From Takakia lepidozioides (lineage: Eukaryota > Plantae > Bryophyta): a stretch of DNA of 64,000 nucleotides. How positions within the stretch are numbered: the first letter of the stretch is position 1; the number at the start of each line of letters is the position of its first letter. The stretch spans positions 22,258,001 through 22,322,000 of the forward strand of contig CM060732.1 in assembly GCA_030704615.1 (NCBI GenBank), written 5' to 3'. This document shows, in pieces, positions 62,752 through 64,000 of the stretch. Under the pieces are notes generated by a model. The model was not told the origin of the DNA and did not search any database. It worked only from the letters and a program-made list of their open reading frames with translations. The translations under genes and the position numbers were made by a program.

Positions 62752-63740
62752 TGGCCAGTCAAACATACCTCCGGATTGTCTGGTTGGCGTATGCAAGGAG
62801 ATATGTGGGGAGTTCATCTCACCAAAATCACCAAACTTCAGCATAGACCACATAGCTTTGTATACTCTTAACCAGGCGATCTCCGAGTGGGGAATAAATC
62901 CTGTGGGTGTACCCCCTGACCACCAACTGAAGTTTTCCTTCAAGATTGGAGCAGAGATGAAGGAGCTTAATTATGGCTACGTTAAAGATGTTGAGCTGGA
63001 GTCCGACGTGGAGAATCCAATGATGGTGGTTTTCATATTGGAGGATGGTAGAGCGAAAAAGATGTTTGGTTTTTTTCTGGAATCTCGTCGCGTTCGCAAG
63101 CCAATGATGAAACCAGCTGTAAAGATGGGATTCACTTTCCTAGAAGGTGGTGCAGCCCCGACTGCTCAGGGATTCGTAAGAGCTTGGAGCATTTTCCAAG
63201 ATGTACTCCATGCGCAGGGAAACATCAACAGAAAACAACGAGATGATGCGGCAGCGAAGGGGCCAAATGGTAAAAGGAAACGGAAGTCAACGGCGGTATC
63301 CTCTCAGACTGAGAATGAGGAGGAGCAGCCTGCCGGGGAAAAAAAAAAAAAAAAAAAAAAAAAAACTCGATATTGTATTTATGAATGACAATAAGAAGCC
63401 AAAAGCTGACGAGATTTTTGAGAAAGTGAAGTGCGAGGCGATGAATCAAAGTCTACAAAATAACTACCAAGACATGATATCTTTTGGATTCAACCACATA
63501 ATCTCAATTGACATCTCAAGGATGGAACTTGCTCCAAGAAGCATGGTGTATCGTCCGCTGAATATTAATCACAAGGATGAAGTAAAAGCCCGTCTGTACC
63601 AGTTGCAAGCTCTAGATACGAAACATCCCGTCTATGTGGCGCCAACCCAGGTGTCTGTGATGAAACCAAGGCATCAACAGGATATTAACAATTCAAAATT
63701 CTTCGTCATTGGAGGCCAGCACACAATTATGGCTGCAAAG
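62752..63740 (+). CDS. Exon of an unknown, probably element-borne gene with a basic NLS-like stretch and a ParB/Srx-like (GGQH) domain; continues beyond the window
   Basis: ORFs 62732-63388 and 63201-63746 join across an A27 run (63339-63365) with a 1-nt shift. YRPLN...V...L and FFVIGGQHTIMAAK precede a GT donor at 63741. Confidence 0.55.
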
Positions 63741-64000
63741 GTATAATACATCAACGTTTACCTCGCGCGATCGCGCGTGCATTTATATTCTTCTCTGCTT
63801 CAATGAGAATCTTCTTTCGGATATTTCTTTGCGTGGCCTCATTATTATTCTCGCGCGATCGCGCGTGCTTCTACTAGATGATTAGATTCATCGTCGACTT
63901 GTTTCTAAGAGATGCATAGCATGATAAGCAAGCACGCGCGATCGTGCGTGCTCCTTTCTAGTTCAATTTCATGCTAATGTAACACTTTCCAAATCAGGAA

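Overview
Eukaryotic nuclear DNA from a land plant. A bryophyte, probably a liverwort with organellar RNA editing, is inferred from the type III PKS signatures and PLS/DYW PPR genes. Host genes: a 6-exon LAG1/LOH ceramide synthase (+), two co-oriented and strongly diverged CHS/STCS-like type III polyketide synthases (-), a tRNA-Asp(GUC), a 7-exon highly diverged ferritin-like gene (-) that the ORF track misses, and a PLS-class PPR gene (+). Decayed PPR/DYW and RPL35 fragments are also present. More than half of the window is transposon-derived: LINE 3' fragments in the LAG1 introns, a hAT MITE with an 8-bp TSD, a complete 12.6-kb Mutator-like element (long TIRs, 9-bp TSD, MULE-SWIM transposase and a convergent Ulp1-protease cargo gene), a truncated inverted relative of it, a Ty3/gypsy pol with a PHD finger, and a CACTA transposase. 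The most striking observations are four. (1) Each of the two related MULEs is saturated with its own short motif (AGACC versus RGACT), as in the VANDAL/VANC anti-silencing system. (2) The ferritin-like protein has lost its ferroxidase ligands and apparently its transit peptide. (3) An unclassified element at the right edge encodes RNA Pol II CTD-like heptads and a ParB/DGQHR-like domain, with CGCGCGATCGCGCG palindromes. (4) The two PKSs have non-CHS active sites. Exon structures were assembled by eye and no database searches were run.
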